DNA of 64,000 nt from Candidatus Thorarchaeota archaeon (GCA_019057475.1 DXJO01000006.1:64001-128000); one strand, 5' to 3'; positions 1-8,135 are shown, counted from the stretch's first letter. The notes: generated by a model from the sequence alone, not told the origin. Numbers and translations: made by a program.

Positions 1-78
1 CAGATATTCGCTGACGGTGTCAGAACCTTGGTAAAGCAAGTGAAAGAACTGGGTCCTATCATGGAGGAATGGAAATGA
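1..78 (+). CDS. mvhD: 3' end of hydrogenase delta subunit MvhD/VhuD (partial)
   Basis: Frame 1 reads QIFADGVRTLVKQVKELGPIMEEWK*, resembling the MvhD C-terminus (..FA....F...IKELGP). It lies upstream of the mvhG/mvhA homologues. Confidence 0.72.
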   Translation, partial: QIFADGVRTLVKQVKELGPIMEEWK

Positions 79-314
79 GTGCAATCATCGCGCACTTCAA
101 ACAGAAACGCGGGGATGTCCGCGCACAGCGCAAGGCGATAATGGAAGTGTTGTCCGAGGGTCCATCCAAGGTTTCAGTGATAGCTGAAAAAACTGAACTA
201 TCCAAGGATAAGATCGTCTGGAACCTACTTGGCCTTCTCAGGTGGGGCACCGTAGAGATCATTGGGGAAGAAGAACATGAACTCATGTTCGCTGCAACGG
301 AGGTCCAAGAATGA
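75..314 (+). CDS. small winged-helix protein inside the hydrogenase operon
   Basis: ATGA overlaps with both the upstream gene (75-78) and the downstream gene (311-314). HTH-like pattern IMEVLSEGPSKVSVIAEKTELSKDKIVWNLLGLLRWGTVE. Confidence 0.7.
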   Translation: MSAIIAHFKQKRGDVRAQRKAIMEVLSEGPSKVSVIAEKTELSKDKIVWNLLGLLRWGTVEIIGEEEHELMFAATEVQE

Positions 315-1234
315 CAGAACCCACATCAATCGCAATGGCCCAAGGCAGCTCCTGTTGGGGCTGTTTCCAGAGCCTCATCGACATTCACCTCAATCTTGCA
401 ACTGTTTTGCCGCTGATTGACATCAAGTACTGGCAGTGTGTTGCTGACTTCAAGCTCAAGGACCTTGAGGGCTATCCAGACAAATCGATAACGGTTGGCC
501 TGTACGAAGGGATGGCTCGAACAGAAGAGGACATTCATCTGCTAAAGCTTATGAGAGAGAAGTGCAAGATTCTGATTTCATTCGGCTCGTGTTCTTGCTT
601 TGGCGGCATTCCGGGCCTAGCAAACTTTTCAACTCTAGAGGAGTGCCTAGAAGTTAAGTTCAGAAATAACAAGACAGTCAAGGATGGCGAGGTGCCGACA
701 GAGAACCTTCCAACGATTGCTCCTGTTGTGGTACCTAACAGCACCATCGTTGACTTTGAAATTTTTCTTCCAGGATGCCCTCCGACATCCAAATTGATTC
801 TAACGGCCTTGACTGCTCTGCTTGAAGGCAAACCGATTGAGCTACCGCCCCACACAGTGTGTCACTATTGCGACCGCGAGAAGAAAGAGACCCCGATAGA
901 GAAGATACTGAGACCCTACGAGGGCATTGCAGACCCTGACAGGTGCCTGTTAGAACAGGGCTACATCTGCGTTGGTTCTGCAACGTGGGGCCTCTGCGAA
1001 GGGCAGTGTGTCAATCACGGCGCCACATGCCGTGGCTGTTTCGGTCCACCTCCGCCAATAACGAACGACCAAGGAGCGGCGGCAATATCCATGTTTGGCT
1101 CATACGCACCTCTTGAATCGGAAGTCCTTGCTGAAACGGTCCTTGACCCACTTGGCTGTTTCTGGAGGTTCACCTACCCAACAAGCCACCTTGGTGCTAT
1201 TCGAATCAAGCGAGAGGAGGCAAAGACGAAATGA
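311..1234 (+). CDS. vhuG: F420-non-reducing hydrogenase small subunit (group 3c, MvhG/VhuG)
   Basis: Fe-S motifs SSCWGC, FGSCSCFGGIPGL, PGCPP, TVCHYC, CLLEQGYICVG and CRGCFGP. Confidence 0.92.
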   Translation: MTEPTSIAMAQGSSCWGCFQSLIDIHLNLATVLPLIDIKYWQCVADFKLKDLEGYPDKSITVGLYEGMARTEEDIHLLKLMREKCKILISFGSCSCFGGIPGLANFSTLEECLEVKFRNNKTVKDGEVPTENLPTIAPVVVPNSTIVDFEIFLPGCPPTSKLILTALTALLEGKPIELPPHTVCHYCDREKKETPIEKILRPYEGIADPDRCLLEQGYICVGSATWGLCEGQCVNHGATCRGCFGPPPPITNDQGAAAISMFGSYAPLESEVLAETVLDPLGCFWRFTYPTSHLGAIRIKREEAKTK

Positions 1235-2547
1235 CCAACGAGCGAACAATCCGCATTGACCCAGTGACACGCCTTGAAGGCCATGGAACGTTGACTATCA
1301 AACTAGGTCCTGGCAACAAGGTCAAGGATATCCAGTTCAACGTTAACAGCACACGATTCTTTGAGAAATTCCTAGAAGGGCGACCAATGGAGGAAGCTCC
1401 ACGAATCGCTCCACGGATCTGCGGCATATGCCCAATCCCACACCATCTTGCTTCACTGAAGGCAGTCGAGGCCGCTTGGGATGTGACACCTCCACCAGCC
1501 GCAATCAAACTGAGGCGGCTATTGATTGAGGCGAAGCAGCTTTCATCTCATGCAATCCACTTCTACGCTCTTGCGGCTCCGGACTTTGTCTTTGGACCCT
1601 TCGCGAGCCCGGCGGTACGGAACGTTGCTGCTGTTCTCAAGTATCTCCCTGATGTTGCAATCCAAGCAATCAAGCTGATGGAGTTTGGTCAGGAGTTGTG
1701 CACGACCATTGGGGCCAAGGCAATTCATCCGACGACAGGCATTCCTGGCGGGATGCTATACGCTATGAAAGAGGAGGAACGCGATGACTGGCTGACGAAG
1801 GTACCGGAAATGCTGGAGAATATCCACAAGACGGTGGACCTTGCCAAGACCGTTGTCAACTCATACATCGAGGTGATAACAAAGCTAGCGGTAACTCCAA
1901 CTTACTATATTGGGTTGACCAACAATGGAACTCATGATATCTACGATGGCAAGATTCGCGTGATGGACCCTGAAGGTAAGATTGTAGAGAACTTCAAGCC
2001 TAGCGAGTACACAAAGTACTACGGTGAGCATGTTGCCAAGCACTCCTATGCAACTCACATCTACTACAAACCAGTCGGCTACCCCGAGGGCATTTGGAGA
2101 GCGAATACTCTCGCACGGTGCAATGTAGCCGATAGGATGGCCACACCTCTTGCAGATGCGGCTCTGAAAGAGATGAGAGAACTCGTTGGGAGACCCTCGC
2201 ATCACACGTTTGTATACCACTACGCTCGAATCGTAGAGATGGTGCAAGCCGCTGAGATGATCAAGACGCTTCTGGAGGACCCGGAGATTGTGAGCACAGA
2301 CGTGAAGCTTTCTGACGTTGAACCCAAGGCTGGCGACGGCGTTGGTGTTGTCGAGGCTCCGCGAGGCATCCTGCTCCACAACTACGAGTCTGATGACAAG
2401 GGCATGCTGGTCAAGGCGAACCTCATTGTGGCCACGAATAACAATATTGCCGGCATCGAGAAGTCATTAATGGTTGCCGCGAAACAAATCTTCGAGGATA
2501 AAGTCCTCGAGAAGATTACACTTCCTGAACCTATGGTGAAAACTTAG
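1231..2547 (+). CDS. vhuA: [NiFe(Se)] hydrogenase large subunit lacking the C-terminal L2 motif (VhuA type)
   Basis: PVTRLEGHG, L1 motif RICGICPIPH and VEAPRG are present. There is no DPCxxC before the TAG stop. Confidence 0.93.
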   Translation: MTNERTIRIDPVTRLEGHGTLTIKLGPGNKVKDIQFNVNSTRFFEKFLEGRPMEEAPRIAPRICGICPIPHHLASLKAVEAAWDVTPPPAAIKLRRLLIEAKQLSSHAIHFYALAAPDFVFGPFASPAVRNVAAVLKYLPDVAIQAIKLMEFGQELCTTIGAKAIHPTTGIPGGMLYAMKEEERDDWLTKVPEMLENIHKTVDLAKTVVNSYIEVITKLAVTPTYYIGLTNNGTHDIYDGKIRVMDPEGKIVENFKPSEYTKYYGEHVAKHSYATHIYYKPVGYPEGIWRANTLARCNVADRMATPLADAALKEMRELVGRPSHHTFVYHYARIVEMVQAAEMIKTLLEDPEIVSTDVKLSDVEPKAGDGVGVVEAPRGILLHNYESDDKGMLVKANLIVATNNNIAGIEKSLMVAAKQIFEDKVLEKITLPEPMVKT

Positions 2548-2565
2548 ACGAGAGAATTGATGATT

Positions 2566-2718
2566 ATGACAGACGAAATACCTGAAGGAGTACTGAACAT
2601 CATCGAAATGGTTGTTCGGTGCTACGACTGCTGACTATCCTGCGGCGCTCATCTCGTCATTGTCGACGAAGAGGGCCGCGAGATAGTTAGGAAGGAGCTC
2701 GTGACTGGCGGCGGATGA
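2566..2718 (+). CDS. vhuU: selenocysteine-containing hydrogenase subunit VhuU (TGA at 2632-2634 = Sec); not in ORF track
   Basis: Translates as MTDEIPEGVLNIIEMVVRCYDC-U-LSCGAHLVIVDEEGREIVRKELVTGGG*. This supplies the L2 motif missing from VhuA, with TGA at the Ni-ligand position. Alternative in-frame starts at 2557 and 2560. Confidence 0.9.
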
Positions 2719-2760
2719 AGGCTCGGTCGAAAACTAACGGACCGGGTTGGACAGCCTCGC
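2707..2760 (+). promoter_or_regulatory. eukaryote-type SECIS element
   Basis: ATGA(2715-2718)-N11-AA(2730-2731)-N18-GA(2750-2751). Helix GGCTCGGTC(2720-2728)/GACCGGGTT(2740-2748) with an A-rich apical loop. Lies directly 3' of the Sec codon. Confidence 0.82.
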
Positions 2761-2800
2761 AAGGGCGCGCTAGTCGCGCTCCTTCTATCCCTTTATTTCT
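2761..2800 (+). terminator. hairpin plus pyrimidine tract ending the hydrogenase operon
   Basis: AAGG-GCGCG-ctagt-CGCGC-t-CCTT followed by CTATCCCTTTATTTCT. Confidence 0.55.
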
Positions 2801-2825
2801 ACAAGAAACGACGATTGTGGTGACC

Positions 2826-3281
2826 GTGATAGGCGAACTGCGAATAGAAAATGCTGAAACCTCAGACTTCCCTGCAATAGCAGCCTTGCTGCGGAACACT
2901 GGTCTTCCTCCTGATGACATCGAACATCATCTGGAAGGCTTTCTGGTAGTTCGGAGTCCAGAGGCTGCGATTGAACCTGATATTCTCTTAGGTAGTGTAG
3001 GTCTGGAAATCTATGGCAAGTTTGCGTTGCTTCGTTCTCTTGCCGTGCATCCGGATTTTCAAGGGAAAGGGCTAGGCAAGCGACTCGTCAGCGGAATTAC
3101 TCGGACTGCAAGGGAAAGAGGAATCACTCGACTCTACTTGCTCACTGATACTGCGGAAGATTTCTTCAAGAGGCTTGGATTCAGTCCAATATCGCGGGAT
3201 GAAGTTCCAGAAGAAGTCAAACAATCCATTGAGTTCACGATCTTATGTACAGAGTCTCCATCTATGATGAAAGAAATCTAA
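2826..3281 (+). CDS. GNAT N-acetyltransferase (ArsN2-like)
   Basis: ALLRSLAVHPDFQGKGLG acetyl-CoA motif, LYLLTDTAEDFF and SIEFTILC. Probable start is a GTG at ~2820-2826; the ORF-track ATG at 2715 is the SECIS core. Confidence 0.75.
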   Translation: MIGELRIENAETSDFPAIAALLRNTGLPPDDIEHHLEGFLVVRSPEAAIEPDILLGSVGLEIYGKFALLRSLAVHPDFQGKGLGKRLVSGITRTARERGITRLYLLTDTAEDFFKRLGFSPISRDEVPEEVKQSIEFTILCTESPSMMKEI

Positions 3282-3361
3282 GCTCGAAAGACTTCGTATT
3301 TTCAAGAACCTAAGAAGAGGATATATGAGGCCAGGTCAGTCTTGAATCACGGGGAACGCAT

Positions 3362-3982
3362 ATGAATCTGAATCCTCGTAAATGGCCGCTGACGACCCTT
3401 AGCGGAATCGTTGTTATCTTACTCTATTGTGTCTTCACACTCATTTCTTGGGCTTTCTACCCAGAGCCTTTCAGTCCGTGGGCTAATTACCTGAGCAGGC
3501 TGGGTAACTTCAACCATAGTCCCTTTGGTGCCTATTTTTACAACCTCGGCTGTGTGCTCACGGGAGCGGCTCTAATCCCCTTCTTTTTGGGTCTGAACAA
3601 ATGGCATTCCGAAGGGCGACTGAGCAAGATTCTCCTGATTGGTGGACAGATTGTTGGCATCCTTTCAGCCGTTGCGCTTATCATGATTGGCATTTTCTCT
3701 GAGGATCAGGGCAGTCCCCATATGACGGCCTCCTCAACTTTCTTCGTATTGAACTTCATTGTGTTAATTCTGATCAATGTTGCCCTCCTGTGGCATCCGA
3801 AGTTCCTGAAAGTGATTGCAGTCTACGGCTTTTCGGTTAACGCCCTAAGTTTGGGTTTTGAACTAGTAGTTGGAGGGCCTCTCGTTGAGTGGTTTACAGT
3901 CTTCGGGTCTCTAGGGTTTGTCGCACTACTGTCGTTCAATACGCTAAGTCTAGGCCTGAGTATTAATACGGTGGAAAAATGA
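3362..3982 (+). CDS. DUF998-like integral membrane protein
   Basis: About 5-6 TM segments; pattern FSPWANYLSRLG...GIFSE...H typical of this family. Confidence 0.6.
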   Translation: MNLNPRKWPLTTLSGIVVILLYCVFTLISWAFYPEPFSPWANYLSRLGNFNHSPFGAYFYNLGCVLTGAALIPFFLGLNKWHSEGRLSKILLIGGQIVGILSAVALIMIGIFSEDQGSPHMTASSTFFVLNFIVLILINVALLWHPKFLKVIAVYGFSVNALSLGFELVVGGPLVEWFTVFGSLGFVALLSFNTLSLGLSINTVEK

Positions 3983-4032
3983 AGAGGAAGGCAGGCCTTA
4001 CCTGCCATTCCTTAGATTTAAGATCTTGTTCG

Positions 4033-5142
4033 TCAGTCGTCCCAATCCAGGGCTCCAAAGTCTCGGGCCTTCTTCCACTGAGCACCACCGCTGATAGCAG
4101 CCATAATCACTAGAGAGAGTAGGAACACTGCGAAATTCTGATATGCGTCGAAACTGTCAGCAAAGAACCAGAACCAAGCTGTCAGTGCTAGGACCCAAAT
4201 AAACGCCAGCCCAATAGCCCACCAATTCTCAGGACCTTCACCTCTACGGCGGGCCCAAGGTAGCCATAGACCTAGAATTACTGCACAGAATATCGCAAAT
4301 GATAGGAGGACAACAGATACATTCTGGTTTGCGCTATAGATAGGATTCCCCGCAAAGTACACCAACCATATCACGATGAACACAAGCCACAGAATGAATC
4401 CTGCCATTGTTCCTTTTAGTCGGGGGAGCAGACCAGGTTCACGGTGAACCTCCCTACCGATTTCAGATCTCCAAGGAGCAATCACTACTACCAACATTAT
4501 CAAGAAGGAAGCAAGTATTATTGCAAAATTCTGATAGACATTGATTGAGTAAATGAGCGCGAAGTCATTCGCAAACGGAAGCCATAACACCAGGAATATC
4601 AGCCATCCAATACCACCTAGTGCACTAATCCGAGCTCCCCAACCTTCCCCTGCCGTTGGAATCCAAAGCAATACATTGAGAGCACCAATAATCAGGAGAG
4701 AGGCAATGCCAATTCCAATATTCTCATAGATTCCGTAATCACCTGCGAAAAAGATTATCCAAGCGATTCCACTAACAGCACTTGTTCGAGCTCTCCAACC
4801 TTCACCCTGAATTGGTATCCGTGAAACGGCATTCAATGCACCGACTATGAGAAGAGCAATTAGCACGACTGCTATGTTCTCAAAGATTCCATAGTTGCTT
4901 GCGTAGAAGAATAGCCATACAAACAGAAATGCCATCCAAGCAATCATACTAGCTAAAGAGCCGTATTCTTGAATCTTCGTTTCTTTGCGTCGACCTCTTC
5001 GTTTCCTAGTTGTAATCTCTATCTCTATTACAGACTCCACAGCCTCAACATCTTCAGGTGGTGGAGTTACATCTTCGTCATTTGGTTTCATTGTATCAAA
5101 CCCTAAATCCAACGCTATGGTTTCTTCTAGAGATATGCTCAT
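4033..5142 (-). CDS. polytopic membrane protein with ~5 internal two-helix repeats
   Basis: Recurrent W...F...W..F....Y...[EQ]N[IFV] units: YGIFENIAV, YGIYENIGI, NVYQNFAII, YSANQNVSVV, FDAYQNFAVF. Confidence 0.7.
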   Translation of the reverse strand: MSISLEETIALDLGFDTMKPNDEDVTPPPEDVEAVESVIEIEITTRKRRGRRKETKIQEYGSLASMIAWMAFLFVWLFFYASNYGIFENIAVVLIALLIVGALNAVSRIPIQGEGWRARTSAVSGIAWIIFFAGDYGIYENIGIGIASLLIIGALNVLLWIPTAGEGWGARISALGGIGWLIFLVLWLPFANDFALIYSINVYQNFAIILASFLIMLVVVIAPWRSEIGREVHREPGLLPRLKGTMAGFILWLVFIVIWLVYFAGNPIYSANQNVSVVLLSFAIFCAVILGLWLPWARRRGEGPENWWAIGLAFIWVLALTAWFWFFADSFDAYQNFAVFLLSLVIMAAISGGAQWKKARDFGALDWDD

Positions 5143-5336
5143 GAATCCGTTTGCGTCGGGTCTTTCTATTCAAAGCCGACCTTTTTTTGTATATAAAGCA
5201 GGGCCACAATTTAGGGTCACATCTTGTGACTAGTAGTTCTATCCATTAAAATAGGTAACAATTGTTAAAAATCTATATGTAGCGATAGTTCGGGCGTATG
5301 GATGATGCATGACTAACTGAAAATAGCACGCTCATT

Positions 5337-6170
5337 CTAGTTGAAAGTCTTCTCTAACCAAGTGACTAACGGAACCCAGCTCCCTTCTGAGAACTCTGTA
5401 TGCTTTCCACCCGGAAAAACATGAAACTTCTTCGAGTCAGAGGGAATCTCCTCAAAGAGCTCACGACACGAATCAACAGAGAATAACTCATCAGAGTCAC
5501 CGATTCCAACGAAGAATGGAATGTGCAATTCCTTTGGGATTTCCATGTCCCTATGATTCATTATTCTCATGAAGCGCAATGTGTATCTGAAATTGAACAA
5601 TGGATCGTCCAATCCGACCATTCCATCTCGCCCGTATTTGATCACTGGCTTGTTTGGCAAGAAAAGAGACCAAAGAGCTATCTTGGTCTTCTGCAGGATT
5701 GACATTTGCGGATACGCTTCTGGTCTAATGGTTCGAGCACCGCTCAACAGGATGACTCCGTCAATGTTCGCGAGGCAATTGTTCATTGCATGTACAGATG
5801 AAAGAACTCCAAGGCTATGTCCGAGCAACACTACAGTGTCATGAAGTTGCTTTGTGAAAGATATTGTTTCGCAAATATCCTTGACAAACCTGTCCTTGCT
5901 CGCGTAATCTCCTCGAACCCCATCAGACAGCCCATGCCCTCGAAGGTCGAGTCCGTAGACTGTGAAACCCGATTTCGCTAGTGGCTCACCAATCATCGAA
6001 TAGGGCCCGCTATGAGCAGTTATTCCATGAAGTATCAGGACCGCTTGCTTACGTTGAGTTCCGCCTTGAGGTTCCCATTTCCTAAGGAAAAGCGTTTGAC
6101 CATCGGAGGTTGTGATTAGATGGTGGGGTCCTTCAAACTGTTGGCGCAGTTTCGAAACATCCAGGCTCAT
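5337..6170 (-). CDS. alpha/beta hydrolase (lysophospholipase/monoglyceride lipase family)
   Basis: LHG, DLRGHGLS, GHSLG nucleophile, D..L and GGKH. Probable start MSLDVSK at 6170. Confidence 0.85.
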   Translation of the reverse strand: MSLDVSKLRQQFEGPHHLITTSDGQTLFLRKWEPQGGTQRKQAVLILHGITAHSGPYSMIGEPLAKSGFTVYGLDLRGHGLSDGVRGDYASKDRFVKDICETISFTKQLHDTVVLLGHSLGVLSSVHAMNNCLANIDGVILLSGARTIRPEAYPQMSILQKTKIALWSLFLPNKPVIKYGRDGMVGLDDPLFNFRYTLRFMRIMNHRDMEIPKELHIPFFVGIGDSDELFSVDSCRELFEEIPSDSKKFHVFPGGKHTEFSEGSWVPLVTWLEKTFN

Positions 6171-6325
6171 GATTTTCACATCATCTGAATTGCAATGCTT
6201 CTCAGGCTTAAACCTTCTTTGAGCACTTTTCTGGCTTGCTAGCTTGAGCAGAATGCGCAAACTGTGAATGATATCGTCGAAAAAGTAACAATGCGTAAGG
6301 TAATAAGGAAACATTTTTGGTAATC

Positions 6326-6456
6326 AATTGCAGGTACACCAAGCAAGAGACGCTTCGCACACGTGGTTCATTGAGGGTTCATTCCTTTTCGCACCATATC
6401 TGAAGAATTCCCTAGTTTTGACTAACCTGTAATTCGCAAAAGCGAGAGTACATACA
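6326..6456 (+). promoter_or_regulatory. structured 5' leader of ssb
   Basis: Closing helix AATTGCAGGT(6326-6335)/ACCTGTAATT(6425-6434) encloses internal hairpins. It is followed by TCGC-AAAA-GCGA and GAGTACATACA-ATG. TATA-like TAATAAG at 6301-6307. Confidence 0.5.
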
Positions 6457-6987
6457 ATGAGTTACGACAGAGAGCCTATTGAGGCTACAGTGGCTGAATT
6501 GAAGCCACGTATGAAGAATGTCACCATTTCATTCAAAGTGATTGAGATCGGTGAAGAGCGTGAGGTTTCATCACGCCGTGATGGAACGACACACCGTGTT
6601 GTTGATGTGGTAGTTGGCGATTCAAGTGGAACTGTTCAAGTGCCACTCTGGGACGACACAATTGACGCAGTTGAAGCAGGGAAGACCTACAACCTGACTA
6701 ACGGTTACACAGGTCTCTTCAGAGGCAACTTGAGACTGAACGTTGGCCGCTACGGCGAGCTAGCAGATGCAGAAGAAGCCATTGAAGAAATCAACACGGA
6801 ACTTGACATGTCAGCCGAGGAGCACGAAGATACTCGACGTCGCAGAGACTATGGCGGTGGCGGTCGTGGCGGCGGCGGATATGGCGGTGGCGGCGGTGGA
6901 TACGGCGGTCGCAGTGGCGGCGGCGGATACGGCGGTCGCGGTGGCGGCGGCGGTGGATACGGCGGCCGGGACAGACGACGCAGGTAA
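6457..6987 (+). CDS. ssb: single-OB-fold ssDNA-binding protein (crenarchaeal SSB/RPA-like) with Gly/Tyr/Arg-rich tail
   Basis: VAELKP..KNV..., VGDSSG...LWD and NGYT..FRG.LRLNVGRYG OB-fold motifs. Confidence 0.85.
   Translation: MSYDREPIEATVAELKPRMKNVTISFKVIEIGEEREVSSRRDGTTHRVVDVVVGDSSGTVQVPLWDDTIDAVEAGKTYNLTNGYTGLFRGNLRLNVGRYGELADAEEAIEEINTELDMSAEEHEDTRRRRDYGGGGRGGGGYGGGGGGYGGRSGGGGYGGRGGGGGGYGGRDRRRR
6850..6969 (+). repeat. coding low-complexity GGGGYGGR repeats
   Basis: Repeated ggcggcggcggatacggcggt units encoding YGGGGRGGGGYGGGGGGYGGRSGGGGYGGRGGGGGGYGGR. Confidence 0.9.
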
Positions 6988-7036
6988 TAGTAATCCCGAA
7001 TGGCATTAACCATTTGAGATGACTAACATCAGTTTC

Positions 7037-7096
7037 GAAGGCGGGTACGACGCCCTTTAGGGGGCAATCGTTGCTCTCCTTCTATCCTTTTTTTTT
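7037..7096 (+). terminator. double hairpin plus T9 tract after ssb
   Basis: GGCG..CGCC and GGGGGCAA-tcg-TTGCTCTC hairpins followed by CTTCTATCCTTTTTTTTT. Confidence 0.65.
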
Positions 7097-7109
7097 CATC
7101 AATCCATTC

Positions 7110-7979
7110 TTAGAAGCATTTTCGGTCGGGTTCTCTCCCGACATGCTTTTTGTTGAAGCGAATTATTCTCCTAGCTTCTTCAATGTCCGCGTGCATTGCA
7201 CCGGTTGAGCACGCTATGACACAGTTAAAACAGTGAAGGCAATCATTGCGCTTTTTGGACAAGTCTTGTACTGATATCACATGAACGGGGCAGGCGTTTT
7301 CACAAGCACCGCACTCGGTGCAGAGGTCCTTATCGAATCTAATTTTTGTGATTCTGAAGCGTCCAAACGCACGAACGAAAGGATATAGAACTCTCACCTT
7401 CATTGACATGTAGTTCAGCTTCTTTTTTAACACGGTCCACTCGATTGGTTTCTCAAGCCGCTGACGCATTATACTTACGAACTCTGAAATGAGCGTTCTA
7501 TCCTCGCTCCTAGGAAACTCAACATCTTCATCGTAGAAGTGAGGTGTCAAAAGCTTGAGTGCGCCCAGGATTTCAAAGCCTCGGCTGTGAAGCATCTTAC
7601 ACATGTTGAGCAAAGTCTTTCCACTATTCACACCCCCAAATGTCGTAAAACAGAAGGCTTTCCTTGGCTCATTTGCTGTGGCGCCTACGTTTAGCAATCC
7701 CTTAAGAAGGTGCTTGATTGGGTCTAGCATCGTCAATTGGTATACGGGTGTTCTGATGCCCAGAATTGGGATCTCTGCTAGTAGATTCCTTATCTCTAAC
7801 CGACCGTCATCGCTCCCGTAATCTGAAAGATTGAACAATTCAACTTCTCGCAAGAAGGCGAGCTCCTCAGCAAGGAGAGCGGCAACATCCTTCGTACTTC
7901 CGTTCGGTGAAAGATACACGATGCCCACTCGAGGAGGGGTCTTGCCCCATTCGGCATTTATGAGGAAGCCTGCTTCCAT
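7110..7979 (-). CDS. EFR1-family flavodoxin-ferredoxin fusion
   Basis: N-terminal YLSPNGST flavodoxin loop; C-terminal CTECGACENACP and CLHCFNCVIACS 2x[4Fe-4S] motifs. Confidence 0.8.
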   Translation of the reverse strand: MEAGFLINAEWGKTPPRVGIVYLSPNGSTKDVAALLAEELAFLREVELFNLSDYGSDDGRLEIRNLLAEIPILGIRTPVYQLTMLDPIKHLLKGLLNVGATANEPRKAFCFTTFGGVNSGKTLLNMCKMLHSRGFEILGALKLLTPHFYDEDVEFPRSEDRTLISEFVSIMRQRLEKPIEWTVLKKKLNYMSMKVRVLYPFVRAFGRFRITKIRFDKDLCTECGACENACPVHVISVQDLSKKRNDCLHCFNCVIACSTGAMHADIEEARRIIRFNKKHVGREPDRKCF

Positions 7980-8135
7980 GGAAGTACCTCTGTCTTCCAG
8001 ATTGTCGCAAGAGATAGTATTTTCACGATAAATATACCAAGTGAGGTTTAAAATCTCGCCACAGCAATTAAAATTGGTGAATGCGCACTTCGGCTTCGTA
8101 TCTATTCCTGATTGAATCTGCTGGACTTGCGCGGA

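Noticed and set aside
2716-2823. Sec readthrough of the vhuU terminal TGA
   Set aside because: The extension runs through the SECIS and terminator and resembles nothing recognisable. VhuU already has a normal-length post-His extension.
2715-2825. N-terminal 37 aa of the ORF-track GNAT (start 2715)
   Set aside because: The ATG is the SECIS core and the segment spans the SECIS and terminator. The GNAT-like sequence begins near 2826.
6767-7009. Ala/Val-rich and Arg/His-rich alternative ORFs
   Set aside because: They are alternative frames of the Gly-rich SSB tail.
7015-7055. SECIS-like ATGA...AA...GA after ssb
   Set aside because: The spacing is wrong, there is no supporting helix, and ssb has no in-frame TGA.
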